From Nitrososphaeria archaeon (GTDB lineage Archaea > Thermoproteota > Nitrososphaeria > Nitrososphaerales > JAAOZN01), in NCBI GenBank assembly GCA_029775855.1, contig JARVJZ010000006.1:1-64000 (forward strand): a DNA stretch of 64,000 nt, in the 5' to 3' direction. Positions 38,020 to 48,053 of the stretch are shown in pieces (the first letter of the stretch is position 1; each line of letters starts with the position of its first letter). A program made the translations under genes and the position numbers. The notes below the pieces were generated by a model. It was not told the origin of the DNA. It worked only from the letters and a program-made list of their open reading frames with translations, and did no database searches.

Positions 38020-38465
38020 CTCATGCTCACTTCAAGAACCTTTGATATCAGCTCTGGTATGGTTACGTCGCCTAATATCTTAAGGTTTTTATCCACTACT
38101 GGGATATCTGTCAAGTCGTAGCTCAGCATAAGCCTAAGGCACTTCACTATATCGTCCTCTGGGGATATAGTAGCTTTTTCACTGTGAGGGTAGATTAAGT
38201 GCTTGGCTACTGTCTCTTTTGAGAACTTGAATATGTATTCTTCTAATCCGCTTACATCTCCAAGTTTAATTTTAGCCCACTGTAGTATGCTTTCACGTTT
38301 TATGAATCCCAAGTATCTGCCGCTTTTATCGATTACAAAGAGTCCTCTTATATATGGTTCTTCTACGAATTTTTTGACGATATTGGTGAAGTTTTCTTCT
38401 TCTTCTACTATTAGGGCTATCGTCTTCTCGGGGTTATAGACTTCTTTTATCAGAATCTTCTTCAT
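38016..38465 (-). CDS. CBS domain protein
   Basis: Two CBS repeats (LFVIDKSGRYLGFI; IPVVDKNLKILGDVT). Confidence 0.85.
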   Translation of the reverse strand: MKKILIKEVYNPEKTIALIVEEEENFTNIVKKFVEEPYIRGLFVIDKSGRYLGFIKRESILQWAKIKLGDVSGLEEYIFKFSKETVAKHLIYPHSEKATISPEDDIVKCLRLMLSYDLTDIPVVDKNLKILGDVTIPELISKVLEVSMS

Positions 38466-38558
38466 ATGCTATTTTTCTGTTGATGATGGAGATAAATTTA
38501 GTGGTGCTGAGTGTTTGGTAAGAAAGCATATCTATAGCGAAAGTTAGGATATAGTTCG

Positions 38559-39026
38559 ATGGCAGGGGAACTTAAGATAAGAGTCAAGGTTGGCGAATTT
38601 GAAGTTGAGCTGCAAGGTGAAGTTGAAACTATAGCCAAGGCGATGGATACGATACGAGAAATATTCACATGGATGCCTCAGCCAACCACAACAGTAAGCC
38701 AAATTAAACCCATTGAACCTTTAGCTACACCTACTACATCAGAGATAACACAAGTGAATCTACCACATATAAAGATAGAAAAAGGTGACTCACTAGCAGA
38801 TATAATCGTGAAGATGTTCTTAGATCCTTGGGGTAGGTCGCCTAGGAGGCTTAGTGAAGTCAGAGAAGCACTTGCGTCATATGGTCTTGTGCACCCAAAG
38901 CAGTCGGTTGCTGTAGCACTTCTACGCTTATCTCAAGTAGGTAAGCTTAGAAGGTTCAAGGAAGGTGGTGAATATGTTTACACTGCTTCCTTACCTTTAG
39001 TGTCTGAGTCAAGCAGCCAAGGTTGA
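38559..39026 (+). CDS. Hypothetical protein with C-terminal winged-helix domain
   Basis: KIRVKVGEFEVELQG N-domain, P/T linker, LSEVREAL...VAVALLRL..GKLRRFK..EYVY. Confidence 0.6.
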   Translation: MAGELKIRVKVGEFEVELQGEVETIAKAMDTIREIFTWMPQPTTTVSQIKPIEPLATPTTSEITQVNLPHIKIEKGDSLADIIVKMFLDPWGRSPRRLSEVREALASYGLVHPKQSVAVALLRLSQVGKLRRFKEGGEYVYTASLPLVSESSSQG

Positions 39027-39032
39027 GCAAGG

Positions 39033-39566
39033 TTAGAGGCTGATCTTCTCGTCAATCTTTTGTTTTATGATTTCTAAGATCTGGCTGTGTCTTTTTTCGT
39101 CTTCGATTATCCATTCTAAAATGGACTTATATCCATTCAGGTCAACTCCTTCATCTTCTGCTAATAGCTGAATCACTTTGGTGTATAAAATTGTTAAGAA
39201 TTCTTCTCCGACATACTTTTCACAGCTCTCTAAGTCTTTTATTATGGAGCTGAGTTCAATTAAAGTTATTTCTTTCTTTGACGTATATGTTTTTGTGTCT
39301 TCTACTATGTTCTTCCACAACTTCCCCCAGAGTTTTGTGCACTCTTCCACATCATATTCACGCTCTGTGATTTGTGCAGATAACGCTTTGAACGCTACAG
39401 CATGTTTAAATGAGTCTTTTGCTATATACTCTAAGAGGTAAGAAATCTCTGTATCAAGCACTTTACTTGAGATGATTTGGTAGGCGTTAGCCACCTCTTC
39501 CTCGAGAATCGTGGAGCAGCAGAAATATTTTGCTAAATCCTCTTTTTCACTGTGGTATCTACCCAA
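39033..39566 (-). CDS. Ferritin-like / rubrerythrin-like protein
   Basis: Duplicated E...DSFKH and E...DEKRH helix pairs. Confidence 0.7.
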   Translation of the reverse strand: MGRYHSEKEDLAKYFCCSTILEEEVANAYQIISSKVLDTEISYLLEYIAKDSFKHAVAFKALSAQITEREYDVEECTKLWGKLWKNIVEDTKTYTSKKEITLIELSSIIKDLESCEKYVGEEFLTILYTKVIQLLAEDEGVDLNGYKSILEWIIEDEKRHSQILEIIKQKIDEKISL

Positions 39567-39617
39567 TCTTGTATTAGAAAAGGTGATAAAAAGAGTTTCG
39601 CTATCAATACGTTTAGT

Positions 39618-40064
39618 TTAGAGTTTAGAGAGGATTTCGAGCACTTCCTTTGGATGCTGCTCAACATTAACCTTCTTAAAGATGTGGCGTATGCGCCCTT
39701 CTTTATCGATTATGAAGGTGACCCTTCTAGCCCATCTTCCACCTACACCTAGAACACCATACGATCTGCTTACCTGTTTATCTTTATCACTTAACAGTTG
39801 GAAGGGTAGGTTATATTTTTCTGCAAACTTCTTATGTGAATACACATCATCTAAGCTTACACCAAGCACGACAGCACCCTTAGATCTGATCTCTGGGAAA
39901 GCATCTCTGAAGCCGCAGGCTTCTTTTGTGCAACCTGGAGTGTCATCTTTTGGGTAAAAGTAAAGTATGATTGGGGAGCCTTTAAGGCTCTTTAGGTTTA
40001 CTTCTTTTCCATCTTGGTCTGTTAGTTTGAAGTCTGGGGCTTCATCGCCCACTTTAAGAGCCAA
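39618..40064 (-). CDS. bcp: Peroxiredoxin Bcp
   Basis: YFYPKDDTPGCTKEAC. Confidence 0.95.
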   Translation of the reverse strand: MALKVGDEAPDFKLTDQDGKEVNLKSLKGSPIILYFYPKDDTPGCTKEACGFRDAFPEIRSKGAVVLGVSLDDVYSHKKFAEKYNLPFQLLSDKDKQVSRSYGVLGVGGRWARRVTFIIDKEGRIRHIFKKVNVEQHPKEVLEILSKL

Positions 40065-40156
40065 TTTTACATCTGAGTTATTTTAGCGCATTTCCCACTA
40101 ATAAAGATGTTAGGTTTGCATAGGGTAAATATAGTTGATTTAAAGTTAGGTTTGGT

Positions 40157-41467
40157 GTGGTGTTAGATAAAGTCTTTAGGCAGTATGATGTTAGAGGCGA
40201 ATATCCCTCTGAGATAAACGAAAACTTTGCTGAGAAGCTTGGTAGAGCTACTGCAGACTACATAGGTAATAGCGGGAGTGTAGTAGTTGGATGTGATTTA
40301 AGACCTTCAAGCAGCAGACTTAAAGACGCTTTGATCTTAGGGTTGAATAATGGTGGTGTAAACACATTAGATGTGTCTCCTTGCACAACAGACATGCTCA
40401 CATATACAACCATAACCTACAAACCAGATCTTGCAATAATGGTTACAGCATCTCATCTCCCCCTTAAATATAATGGCTTCAAGTATGTGTCGAGTCAAGG
40501 CGTGTATCTATCAGAAGGCGAACGCTCTAAGATCAAGGGCATTCTAGCTTCTGGTGCATTTAAGAAAGGTGTTGGAAGCAGAGAGCAGCTCGATATACTC
40601 GAAAGATACCTTAAAACAATGAAGAGGCTTATGAGTTGGAGCAGCAGCACCCTCTCAGGAACCAAAATAGCAGCATACCCTATGTGTGGCACAGCCAAAC
40701 TAACGGTTCCTAGGCTGCTTGAGGAGCTTGGGGCTAAAGTGCATCTCTTATCGAATGTAGCAGAAGATCCAGAGCCTCGTGAAGATAACACCGCAGTTCT
40801 ACGTGAAGCTGTTTTAGCGGAAGGAGCTCTAATAGGTGTGGTCAATGATGGTGATGGAGATAGGCTCGCTGCAAGAAACCACGATGGCAGCTACATAACG
40901 GGCGACCAACTCCTATGTATCTTCTCAAAAATCTACACTAAATTAGGTAAAGTGGTAGTTACAATAGATTCATCTTCAGCGATCTTCGAATATGTTGGAA
41001 GAGATCTAATAGTCAGCAAAGTAGGCGAAGCTAACTATGTTGTTGATGCAGTAAAAAACGGCGCCGTATTTGGAGGCGAACCTTCTGGACACTTTGTAGA
41101 CTTAAGATTCACACCATCAGGCTCAGGTACACTCTTCGCAGCACTTTTGGCTGAGCTTGCTAAACAAGGAGATCTCTCAAAGATGCTTACTGAAATACCG
41201 AGGTTCTACACCTATAGAGTGAAGGTGGAATGTAGAGACCGTCTCGAGACTATGGCTATGGTTGAAAAGGAAATAGAAAAGGTAGCTGGTGTTGAAATCT
41301 TATCTAAGATTGACGGCGTAAAATATAGAGTTAAAGGCGCTACTGTGCTGATTCGCCCCTCAAATACCGAGCAAGTTGTGCGTGCTACAGTTGAATCTAA
41401 GAGCGATGATGAAGCAAAATATATGCTTGCAGAAGTTAAGAGGATGCTTGAGAGACTCAGCTCTTAA
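40157..41467 (+). CDS. Phosphomannomutase/phosphoglucomutase (alpha-D-phosphohexomutase) family
   Basis: FRQYDVRG, TASHLP..NGFK, DGDGDR, GEPSGH, RPSNTE. Confidence 0.9.
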   Translation: MVLDKVFRQYDVRGEYPSEINENFAEKLGRATADYIGNSGSVVVGCDLRPSSSRLKDALILGLNNGGVNTLDVSPCTTDMLTYTTITYKPDLAIMVTASHLPLKYNGFKYVSSQGVYLSEGERSKIKGILASGAFKKGVGSREQLDILERYLKTMKRLMSWSSSTLSGTKIAAYPMCGTAKLTVPRLLEELGAKVHLLSNVAEDPEPREDNTAVLREAVLAEGALIGVVNDGDGDRLAARNHDGSYITGDQLLCIFSKIYTKLGKVVVTIDSSSAIFEYVGRDLIVSKVGEANYVVDAVKNGAVFGGEPSGHFVDLRFTPSGSGTLFAALLAELAKQGDLSKMLTEIPRFYTYRVKVECRDRLETMAMVEKEIEKVAGVEILSKIDGVKYRVKGATVLIRPSNTEQVVRATVESKSDDEAKYMLAEVKRMLERLSS

Positions 41468-42521
41468 CCCTCAGCTTCCCCTCTCTAACAATCCTTACAA
41501 CATCATCTAGCGTTATGCGCTCAGATACTGGTTTGGTTATGTGAGCTGCTGCAACCGCATTAGCCAAAAAGATTCGTTCTGCGTAGGATAGATCAAGTAT
41601 TAATCCTAGTATGTATCCAGCATTCCAGCAGTCTCCAGCGCCAGTAGCCTTTTGTGGTTTTACATCAAAGGTTGGTATACTTGTCGCTTCACCCTTTATG
41701 TTATGTGAGGATAATTCTGCGGTATGCAAGAGTATTTCGCCTTCAAATCTTTTGGATATGTAGGCTGCTAATTCAGAGCGATCTTCGCTCTCGCATCCTA
41801 AAGTCTTTCCAACCCAGTACGCTTCATTTTCATTTAGACCCAATCCACCTATCTTTCCTACTTTACACAACCCTTCACATAGTGTCTTCAATTCATCTAT
41901 TCTGCTCGAGGGGTCACCTATATCTATGAATAGGTAGCCGAAATCATTTCTGCCAACAACTTTAGCCACTTGGAGAAAGAGTTCTGTACCAAACTTATTC
42001 TGGCACCAATTAAATACGCAAACATAATCCGCATCTTCTAGTAGTTTAAGGTCTTCTTCATCAAGCTTATTTGCATCAAAATCCTTTAGTCCTCCAGCAT
42101 CCCCAATCATCACATTCACCAGCCTACCACTCAGATTCATTTCAACTATGCTTGAAGTAGAGAGGTGTGAATCTACCTTAACGTGTGTAAGGTCAACCTT
42201 TAACCCTTCAAGGAAATGTTGTAAGCACATCTTCCCAAAAGGGCTGGTTCTAGCAATCAGATAGACCTTTGAACCTAGACGCGCTAATGTATCAGCAAAG
42301 TTAGAAGCGTTTCCACCAAGAGTATATTGCTGGGGTATGTCGATGATGTTGCCGCCTCCTTGCTGCGCAATCCTCTTAACATCTTCTACAAAACGTTCCA
42401 CCCCATATGGATACCTTACTATGTGATCTAGGTAGAAGTCTGGTAAGGCGACTACGCTCTTACTAGGTCGAGGAGCTAAAAGGGCTTCAACCACTCTACC
42501 TCTGTCTATTTGCTCACTCAA
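41457..42521 (-). CDS. PfkB family carbohydrate/nucleoside kinase
   Basis: GGNASN..LARLG, NENEA, ATGAGDCWNAG. Confidence 0.88.
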   Translation of the reverse strand: MSEQIDRGRVVEALLAPRPSKSVVALPDFYLDHIVRYPYGVERFVEDVKRIAQQGGGNIIDIPQQYTLGGNASNFADTLARLGSKVYLIARTSPFGKMCLQHFLEGLKVDLTHVKVDSHLSTSSIVEMNLSGRLVNVMIGDAGGLKDFDANKLDEEDLKLLEDADYVCVFNWCQNKFGTELFLQVAKVVGRNDFGYLFIDIGDPSSRIDELKTLCEGLCKVGKIGGLGLNENEAYWVGKTLGCESEDRSELAAYISKRFEGEILLHTAELSSHNIKGEATSIPTFDVKPQKATGAGDCWNAGYILGLILDLSYAERIFLANAVAAAHITKPVSERITLDDVVRIVREGKLRVKS

Positions 42522-42958
42522 CTTCTTTTCTTAGGTTTGAGAAAACCTATCTTCTTTAAAAGGTGTCTGGAGGTTTTTGTGAGGTTAAGTTTAGACGCTT
42601 CCTCTGGTGTGAACCACCCAATATCCAAAACTTCCTCATTACCCTTCAGCACACCTCCTTTAGGTGCAGCAAGGTAATCTGAAAGTATATAATGAAAACG
42701 TATACGACCGTCCTTATCGCGTGTAATATTATCTACAACATCGATTAGCTTGATAAGCTTGATCTCTAAGCCGACTTCTTCTAAGATCTCGCGTTTTACA
42801 GCATCTTTCACTCGTTCTCCTAGTTCAACGAGCCCTCCTGGGATTGACCATTTCTCTCTGCTTGGCTCAAACCTTCTTTTGACGAGAAGCACGCGTCCAT
42901 CCTTCTTTATTACGGCACCTACTGCTGCGAACGGTCTTTCCGGATATTCCCTCTTCAA
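42518..42958 (-). CDS. Nudix hydrolase (ADP-ribose pyrophosphatase-like)
   Basis: Nudix box GGLVELGERVKDAVKREILEEVGL. Confidence 0.92.
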   Translation of the reverse strand: MKREYPERPFAAVGAVIKKDGRVLLVKRRFEPSREKWSIPGGLVELGERVKDAVKREILEEVGLEIKLIKLIDVVDNITRDKDGRIRFHYILSDYLAAPKGGVLKGNEEVLDIGWFTPEEASKLNLTKTSRHLLKKIGFLKPKKRS

Positions 42959-42959
42959 C

Positions 42960-43772
42960 CTACTTCCTCTCTACCTTCCCGCCTGCCTCAACAATGTATT
43001 GGGTGAGCTCGCTAATTACTTCTTCTACTAAAGATTTAGCTTTAAGATCTGAGTTCTGCGAGGTGGATATGTAGAGTTCCAGCTTGGGTTCGGAGCCTTC
43101 GAATCCTTTAGGGTGGCTCTTTACATAGATATTCTTATGCTTAGCAACCACTTTATCTAAGAAGGGCGCAAGTGATGACTCGGGTAGACCTCTAACCTCT
43201 AAACTACTTTCTGCTGCAAAAAGGTCGCCAAGCAGCTGCTTAATGTGAGGAGAAACACTCTCAACGAATATAGCTTTTAGTTCAGACGGCACTCCAGGTA
43301 AACAGAATATTTTAGAGCCTTTATACTCTATCATAACCGCTGGCGCTGTGCCTATTGGGTTTCTAAGTGGTATGCTTTTGGCTGGTAAGGTAGCCATCTT
43401 AACTCGCGGTGGAGTGAGCTCGAATTTCTCAAGAATGCCTTGCTCGACCATCTTCCTATACTTAGCCTCTATTTGCGTTAATGCTTCTTGGTTGACTTCA
43501 AGCCTTCTTCTGAGAGCCTTGCTTAACCCTTCAAGCGTCTTATCATCGTAGGTCGGCCCTAGGCCTCCGCTTATTATCAGAAGGTTTGTGCGCCGCTTTA
43601 ACGCTTCTTTAACCGCTTCAGCTATGCATTCTACATCGTCTCCGACTACAGTATGCCTAGCCACAAAACCACCAAACTTATGTATTTCTTCTGAAAGCCA
43701 TTGAGCGTTAGTATTCAAGATCTTTCCAATAAGAAGCTCATTCCCAACACATATTATCTCTATTCTAGGCAA
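42960..43772 (-). CDS. CinA N-terminal/MoCF-domain protein
   Basis: VGNELLIG...NTNAQWL, VGDD, SGGLGPTYDDKT, GTAP, LPGVPSE; no PncC deamidase domain. Confidence 0.88.
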   Translation of the reverse strand: MPRIEIICVGNELLIGKILNTNAQWLSEEIHKFGGFVARHTVVGDDVECIAEAVKEALKRRTNLLIISGGLGPTYDDKTLEGLSKALRRRLEVNQEALTQIEAKYRKMVEQGILEKFELTPPRVKMATLPAKSIPLRNPIGTAPAVMIEYKGSKIFCLPGVPSELKAIFVESVSPHIKQLLGDLFAAESSLEVRGLPESSLAPFLDKVVAKHKNIYVKSHPKGFEGSEPKLELYISTSQNSDLKAKSLVEEVISELTQYIVEAGGKVERK

Positions 43773-43844
43773 ATAGGCTCACATGGTTGATTCTTAAGTC
43801 AACGATTTAAGGATAGGTGTCGATGCCATAGATGAGCAGAGAGA

Positions 43845-44600
43845 TTGCACACCATATTTGTGGTCGGCACAGCTGGAAGCGGAAAGTCTCTACTAACCTT
43901 GAACCTTGCTGAATGGTATAAGAGCAAGGGTGCACACAGCATAACAGTAAATCTTGATCCAGGTGCTCTGAACCTACCTTATGAGCCTGATGTTGATGTC
44001 AGAGAGTACATTGATCTTCAGCAGGTGATGGAGATCTACGGCTTAGGGCCTAATGGTGCTATGATACTTTCTTGTGACCTTATAGCTACCAAACTAAGCG
44101 AGCTGCAAGAGGATATAGATGAACTTACACCTGATTACGCAATAATCGATACACCCGGTCAGATGGAGCTCTTCGCATATAGGGAAAGCGGCCCGTTTAT
44201 TCTCAAGAATATTAGGGCTGATAGTAAGGCGGTCCTTTTTTTGTTTGATGGTGTGCTGGTCTCTAACCCCGTTAACTTGGTTTCTATGATGCTGTTGGCT
44301 ACATCCGTTCAGCTTAGGCTTGCAAGCCCACAGATTCCTGTGTTGACTAAGAAGGATCTTGTGAAGAATGTTAGAGATGTTGTTGAGTGGTCTTCTAACC
44401 CTACTGCGTTAGAGGCTGCGGTATATAGTAGTTCGCCTTCTATTGAATCTCTTCTGAGTAGAGGAATACTAAAGAGCGTAGTGAGATTGGGCTTCGGATA
44501 CAATCTCATACCAGTATCCTCAGTCACATTAGATGGGATGCTTAACTTGGCAGCGGCATTGTCAAGAATACTAAGGGCTGGGGAGGAAGTAGAAGACTAG
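43845..44600 (+). CDS. GPN-loop GTPase
   Basis: GTAGSGKS, NLDP, LGPNG, DTPGQMELF. Confidence 0.93.
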   Translation: MHTIFVVGTAGSGKSLLTLNLAEWYKSKGAHSITVNLDPGALNLPYEPDVDVREYIDLQQVMEIYGLGPNGAMILSCDLIATKLSELQEDIDELTPDYAIIDTPGQMELFAYRESGPFILKNIRADSKAVLFLFDGVLVSNPVNLVSMMLLATSVQLRLASPQIPVLTKKDLVKNVRDVVEWSSNPTALEAAVYSSSPSIESLLSRGILKSVVRLGFGYNLIPVSSVTLDGMLNLAAALSRILRAGEEVED

Positions 44601-45577
44601 GCTCTGTCAGTAAACCTTCTAACCCTATCAACCAGCAAAGATTCCTCTAAAATCTGCACAGAACCAGCGTAGAAAGGTGATGTGACTATCTTTGCAAAAG
44701 GAAGAAGATGACGAAGGTCTTTAAGTATCTGTTCAACTCTGTTAACTGCAACTACCGAATGAACCGCTCTTCCAATCATATTTTGTGCAGCACCCTCTGC
44801 GCCTCTCCTTTGAATATAATGTGCAAGGTCAAGCAGATCTCTAGTAGCTATTCCTGTTTTTTCGGCGAAGAGCAGACTCTGCTTAAGTAGGTTAACGGGT
44901 GTGGGTTCGTCGAGAATCGCTTCAAGCACCCTTCTACCCCACTTATTCACAATCTTTTTACGCATCTTAGAAGACAGAATTGAGGCTTTATCTACAGCAC
45001 CAAAGACTACACTAACAAACACATATTCATGAGAGTCAAAATCAAAGAGTCTAACAGCACCCAATGAGGGCGCACCTGGCTCAGTAACTAGACCAACACT
45101 CCCTCCCTCAGAGGCTGCCGCTATGACTGTTCCTAATCCTGTGAGACTCTTAACTTCAGCTATATGCGCCAGATCTGCGGCGTAAGCCCTATCTCTTACA
45201 CCTAACATATCTTGTATAGCGATTATGGTTCCTAAAGCTCCTGCTGCACTTGTGCCAAAACCGCATCCTATAGGCACATCCACTTTATGCCTTATACACA
45301 CATAGCCTTGAAAACCATAGGTTTGACGCGCTAACCTTATTGCTTCTAGGCTTGTTTTGGCTTCTGGTGTTAGTCGACTATTTATGTATACTTCGTCTTG
45401 AGTTGTTTGCCCTATTGTGGCTTGAGTAGTTACGCCTTTTGAAATTCTGAATCCTCCGCCTCTTGCACCAACTTTAAGTGGGTCTTCGATTTTGTTGCCT
45501 TCTTGATCCTCATCGCAGACTTCAAAGAAGCTTGATACGGCTGAGGGTACAAATATGCTTCTAGAAGAGAGACTCAT
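44597..45577 (-). CDS. Pantoate kinase (GHMP family)
   Basis: FVPSAVSSFF, GARGGG, PIGCGFGTSAAG, AHIAEV..TGLGTV, EPGAP, QNMIG. Confidence 0.82.
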   Translation of the reverse strand: MSLSSRSIFVPSAVSSFFEVCDEDQEGNKIEDPLKVGARGGGFRISKGVTTQATIGQTTQDEVYINSRLTPEAKTSLEAIRLARQTYGFQGYVCIRHKVDVPIGCGFGTSAAGALGTIIAIQDMLGVRDRAYAADLAHIAEVKSLTGLGTVIAAASEGGSVGLVTEPGAPSLGAVRLFDFDSHEYVFVSVVFGAVDKASILSSKMRKKIVNKWGRRVLEAILDEPTPVNLLKQSLLFAEKTGIATRDLLDLAHYIQRRGAEGAAQNMIGRAVHSVVAVNRVEQILKDLRHLLPFAKIVTSPFYAGSVQILEESLLVDRVRRFTDRA

Positions 45578-45589
45578 GCAACACCACTT

Positions 45590-46378
45590 TTATGTTTTTG
45601 CGAGCAGCGTAGCTAGTGGACCGAAGATTACCGTAGTTATGGCTGTGACCGCTGTCAGAGACTTTATGAGGAAGGTGTTCAAAGGCACCTTTACAGTAGC
45701 GAAGAGTAAGTCCCCCCACGGAGTAAGCACTAAGATCGCAGATATCGCAGCAAATACCGCAGCAACCGCTAATGAGTCTTTCAAGGTGGTCGATGGCGAT
45801 ACAGCCCTCCACTTTAACCATAAGCCTGTGGTTAGGCTGCTTAACCTAGATTTGGATACAGCCTTCACCAGAGGTGGAATTATAGCGAGCACGAAAGGTA
45901 GCATTGTGGTTATCCAGAATAGTGTTAGACCCAAGGTTGTTGCTAACTGCACATCAAAAGGCCAAAAGGCGCCTAGAAAGGTTGATATGTAGAAGACGAC
46001 TACTGAAGCTGCTATAAGATTACCTATGGTTAAGCCTATCAGAGAAGCCCAGAGGAAGAGCCGCCAACTACCCCACTTGTGAAGCAGCCAACCTAAAAAG
46101 TAGAAGCCTACAAAGTTAGCCGGCACACCAGCAATAAGGCTGAGGAAAGGGTTGGTTAACCCAAAGGTTGATAGATAAAGATCCCCTACAAACACACCAA
46201 TCCCTCCTCCTAAAGCACCTACAAGAGGCCCATAAAGTATAGCAAAGAAAGCGGGCACGACAACTCCAGGCGCAAACTGCCCTATACCCCAAGGTGTGGG
46301 GATAAATGCTGTTGCGGCTTTGGCTACCGCGTAGAGAGCTGCGCAGAGAGCTGCTGCTGTGATTTCTTGAACCCTCAA
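45590..46378 (-). CDS. ECF transporter S component with C-terminal extension
   Basis: AAALCAALYA, QFAPGVVVP..GPLVGALGGGIG..GD, GVPANF; multiple TM helices. Confidence 0.7.
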   Translation of the reverse strand: MRVQEITAAALCAALYAVAKAATAFIPTPWGIGQFAPGVVVPAFFAILYGPLVGALGGGIGVFVGDLYLSTFGLTNPFLSLIAGVPANFVGFYFLGWLLHKWGSWRLFLWASLIGLTIGNLIAASVVVFYISTFLGAFWPFDVQLATTLGLTLFWITTMLPFVLAIIPPLVKAVSKSRLSSLTTGLWLKWRAVSPSTTLKDSLAVAAVFAAISAILVLTPWGDLLFATVKVPLNTFLIKSLTAVTAITTVIFGPLATLLAKT

Positions 46379-46488
46379 TTTTTCTATTTAAAAGGGGGCG
46401 AATATTTGCTTAATTAGTATATTCTTAAGAGAGTTTAAAGATGTAAATAGACGACAAGAGAGCGGATATTTTATATTTCAGCTTACAG

Positions 46489-46992
46489 TTGAGTATTCGT
46501 GTGGTTAAGTTGGAGTTAAAGGTTGTGCCAATAAAGATGCCTGAAGGCATTAACATCATAATTGGCCAGAGCCACTTCATAAAAACGGTAGAAGACCTAT
46601 ACGAAACCTTAGCCTCCAGCAGCACATCAATAAGATTTGGATTAGCATTCTGCGAATCAAGCGGCCCCGCGTTAATAAGGTATGATGGTAATGATAAAGA
46701 TCTTACGGCGAAGGCTGTTGAAGTAGCTTCGCAGATAGCGTGCGGACATGTATTCGTTATACTGTTAGCTGACGCCTACCCAATAAATGTGTTAAACAGA
46801 GTTAAGATGGTTGAAGAGGTCACATCGATCTACTGCGCAACAGCCAATCCTGTGGAAGTGGTAGTTGCAGAGACAGAGCAGGGAAGAGGTATACTTGGGG
46901 TAATAGATGGCGTAAAACCAAAGGGTGTGGAGAGCGAGGAAGACAAAGAAAAGCGCAAAGCCTTTCTAAGAAGAATAGGTTATAAGAGGTAG
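46489..46992 (+). CDS. DUF355 / adenosine-specific kinase-like (PAE2307-like) protein
   Basis: [46 protein letters not shown]. Confidence 0.88.
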   Translation: MSIRVVKLELKVVPIKMPEGINIIIGQSHFIKTVEDLYETLASSSTSIRFGLAFCESSGPALIRYDGNDKDLTAKAVEVASQIACGHVFVILLADAYPINVLNRVKMVEEVTSIYCATANPVEVVVAETEQGRGILGVIDGVKPKGVESEEDKEKRKAFLRRIGYKR

Positions 46993-46996
46993 AAGG

Positions 46997-47317
46997 TTGA
47001 GCGGAGAAAAGCGTCTAACTATAATAGCTGAAATAAGTGTCTTCCCTGTCAGTGAAGGAACTAGCCTAAGCCCATATGTTAAGAAAGCAGTCGAAGCTAT
47101 AAGTAGTGTGGAGGGGCTTAGATTTCAAGTTACACCGATGGGCACTATATTGGAGGCTACGAGCCTTGAGCAGATACTAGAGGCGTTTAAGCGTGCACAT
47201 AAAGCGGTTAAAGAAGCTGGTGCTAAAAGAATAGTTGCGCAGCTAAAGGTAGATGATAGGTTAGATAAACCCAGAAGGATGGAGGATAAAGTTAAGGCGG
47301 TCTTAGAAACACTTTAA
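46997..47317 (+). CDS. MTH1187/DUF77 thiamine-binding protein family
   Basis: SVFPV..TSLSPYV, TPMGTILE, DDRLDK..MEDKV. Confidence 0.9.
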   Translation: MSGEKRLTIIAEISVFPVSEGTSLSPYVKKAVEAISSVEGLRFQVTPMGTILEATSLEQILEAFKRAHKAVKEAGAKRIVAQLKVDDRLDKPRRMEDKVKAVLETL

Positions 47318-47399
47318 TTCACAGGAGACAAACCCCTTAAAATAGAGCATGCATTGAACCAACCTAAAGTGTTAAAAAATGAAGTAAAGGTGTTAAGCT

Positions 47400-48032
47400 T
47401 TGGGCTACCATCCGGCTAGAAGCGCAATTATAGCTGCGTGGGGGAAAGAGGAGGATAAGCTTCCTAAGAGGTTCTTTCAACCAGAAGAAGAAAGCACTGT
47501 GCTTGAATATTTACTTGACGCTGTATGGACTGTAGCTGACTCTATATATGTGATCTTCAAAAAGGAGCCAAACCTTAAGCTGATAGAAGCTATCTCAACT
47601 TTTGGTGTTAAGATCATAATTGAGAACCAAACCCCCTCTATAATCTCAAGCCTCTTGATGGGGTTCAAAGCAACCAGGAGCGAATACTGCTTAGTCCTTA
47701 GAGAAAATACACCGTTCCTTAAACCAAGTGTATTGCATATGCTCTTTGAAGCCGCAAAAGGTTATGATGCAGCTTTGCCGCGTTGGTCTAATGGTAAATT
47801 GGAGCCGTTTTTAGCGGTGTACCGTAGAAAGAGCTTTATGGCTGTAGCATCTAAGCTTCAAGATCGTGATGAACTTCTCTCACTTGTAGATAATCTTTAC
47901 TCAATAAGATATGTTGATGTCGAAACCGAGATCAAACCGCTTGACCCAGATTTCGAATCTTTCTTCGCCATAGAGAGCGTAGATGATTTGGCTAAAGCAA
48001 AAGAAAAGGTCACTTTGAAATATAAGATCTAA
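47400..48032 (+). CDS. MobA-like NTP-transferase, degenerate
   Basis: TPFLKP, DAALPRWSNGKLEPFLAVYR, SFF.I.S..DL; the N-terminal LAGG motif is replaced. Confidence 0.7.
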   Translation: MGYHPARSAIIAAWGKEEDKLPKRFFQPEEESTVLEYLLDAVWTVADSIYVIFKKEPNLKLIEAISTFGVKIIIENQTPSIISSLLMGFKATRSEYCLVLRENTPFLKPSVLHMLFEAAKGYDAALPRWSNGKLEPFLAVYRRKSFMAVASKLQDRDELLSLVDNLYSIRYVDVETEIKPLDPDFESFFAIESVDDLAKAKEKVTLKYKI

Positions 48033-48053
48033 CATTAAAATGTTTAGAGACGA

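Noticed and set aside
38480-38510. C/D box sRNA candidate (TTGATGA...CTGA)
   Set aside because: Only ~30 nt, no C'/D' boxes, and it overlaps a promoter region.
45555-45992. 145-aa plus-strand ORF, and similar antisense ORFs at 14397, 17874, 26903, 28742 and 62930
   Set aside because: They lie opposite well-supported genes and have no recognisable motifs.
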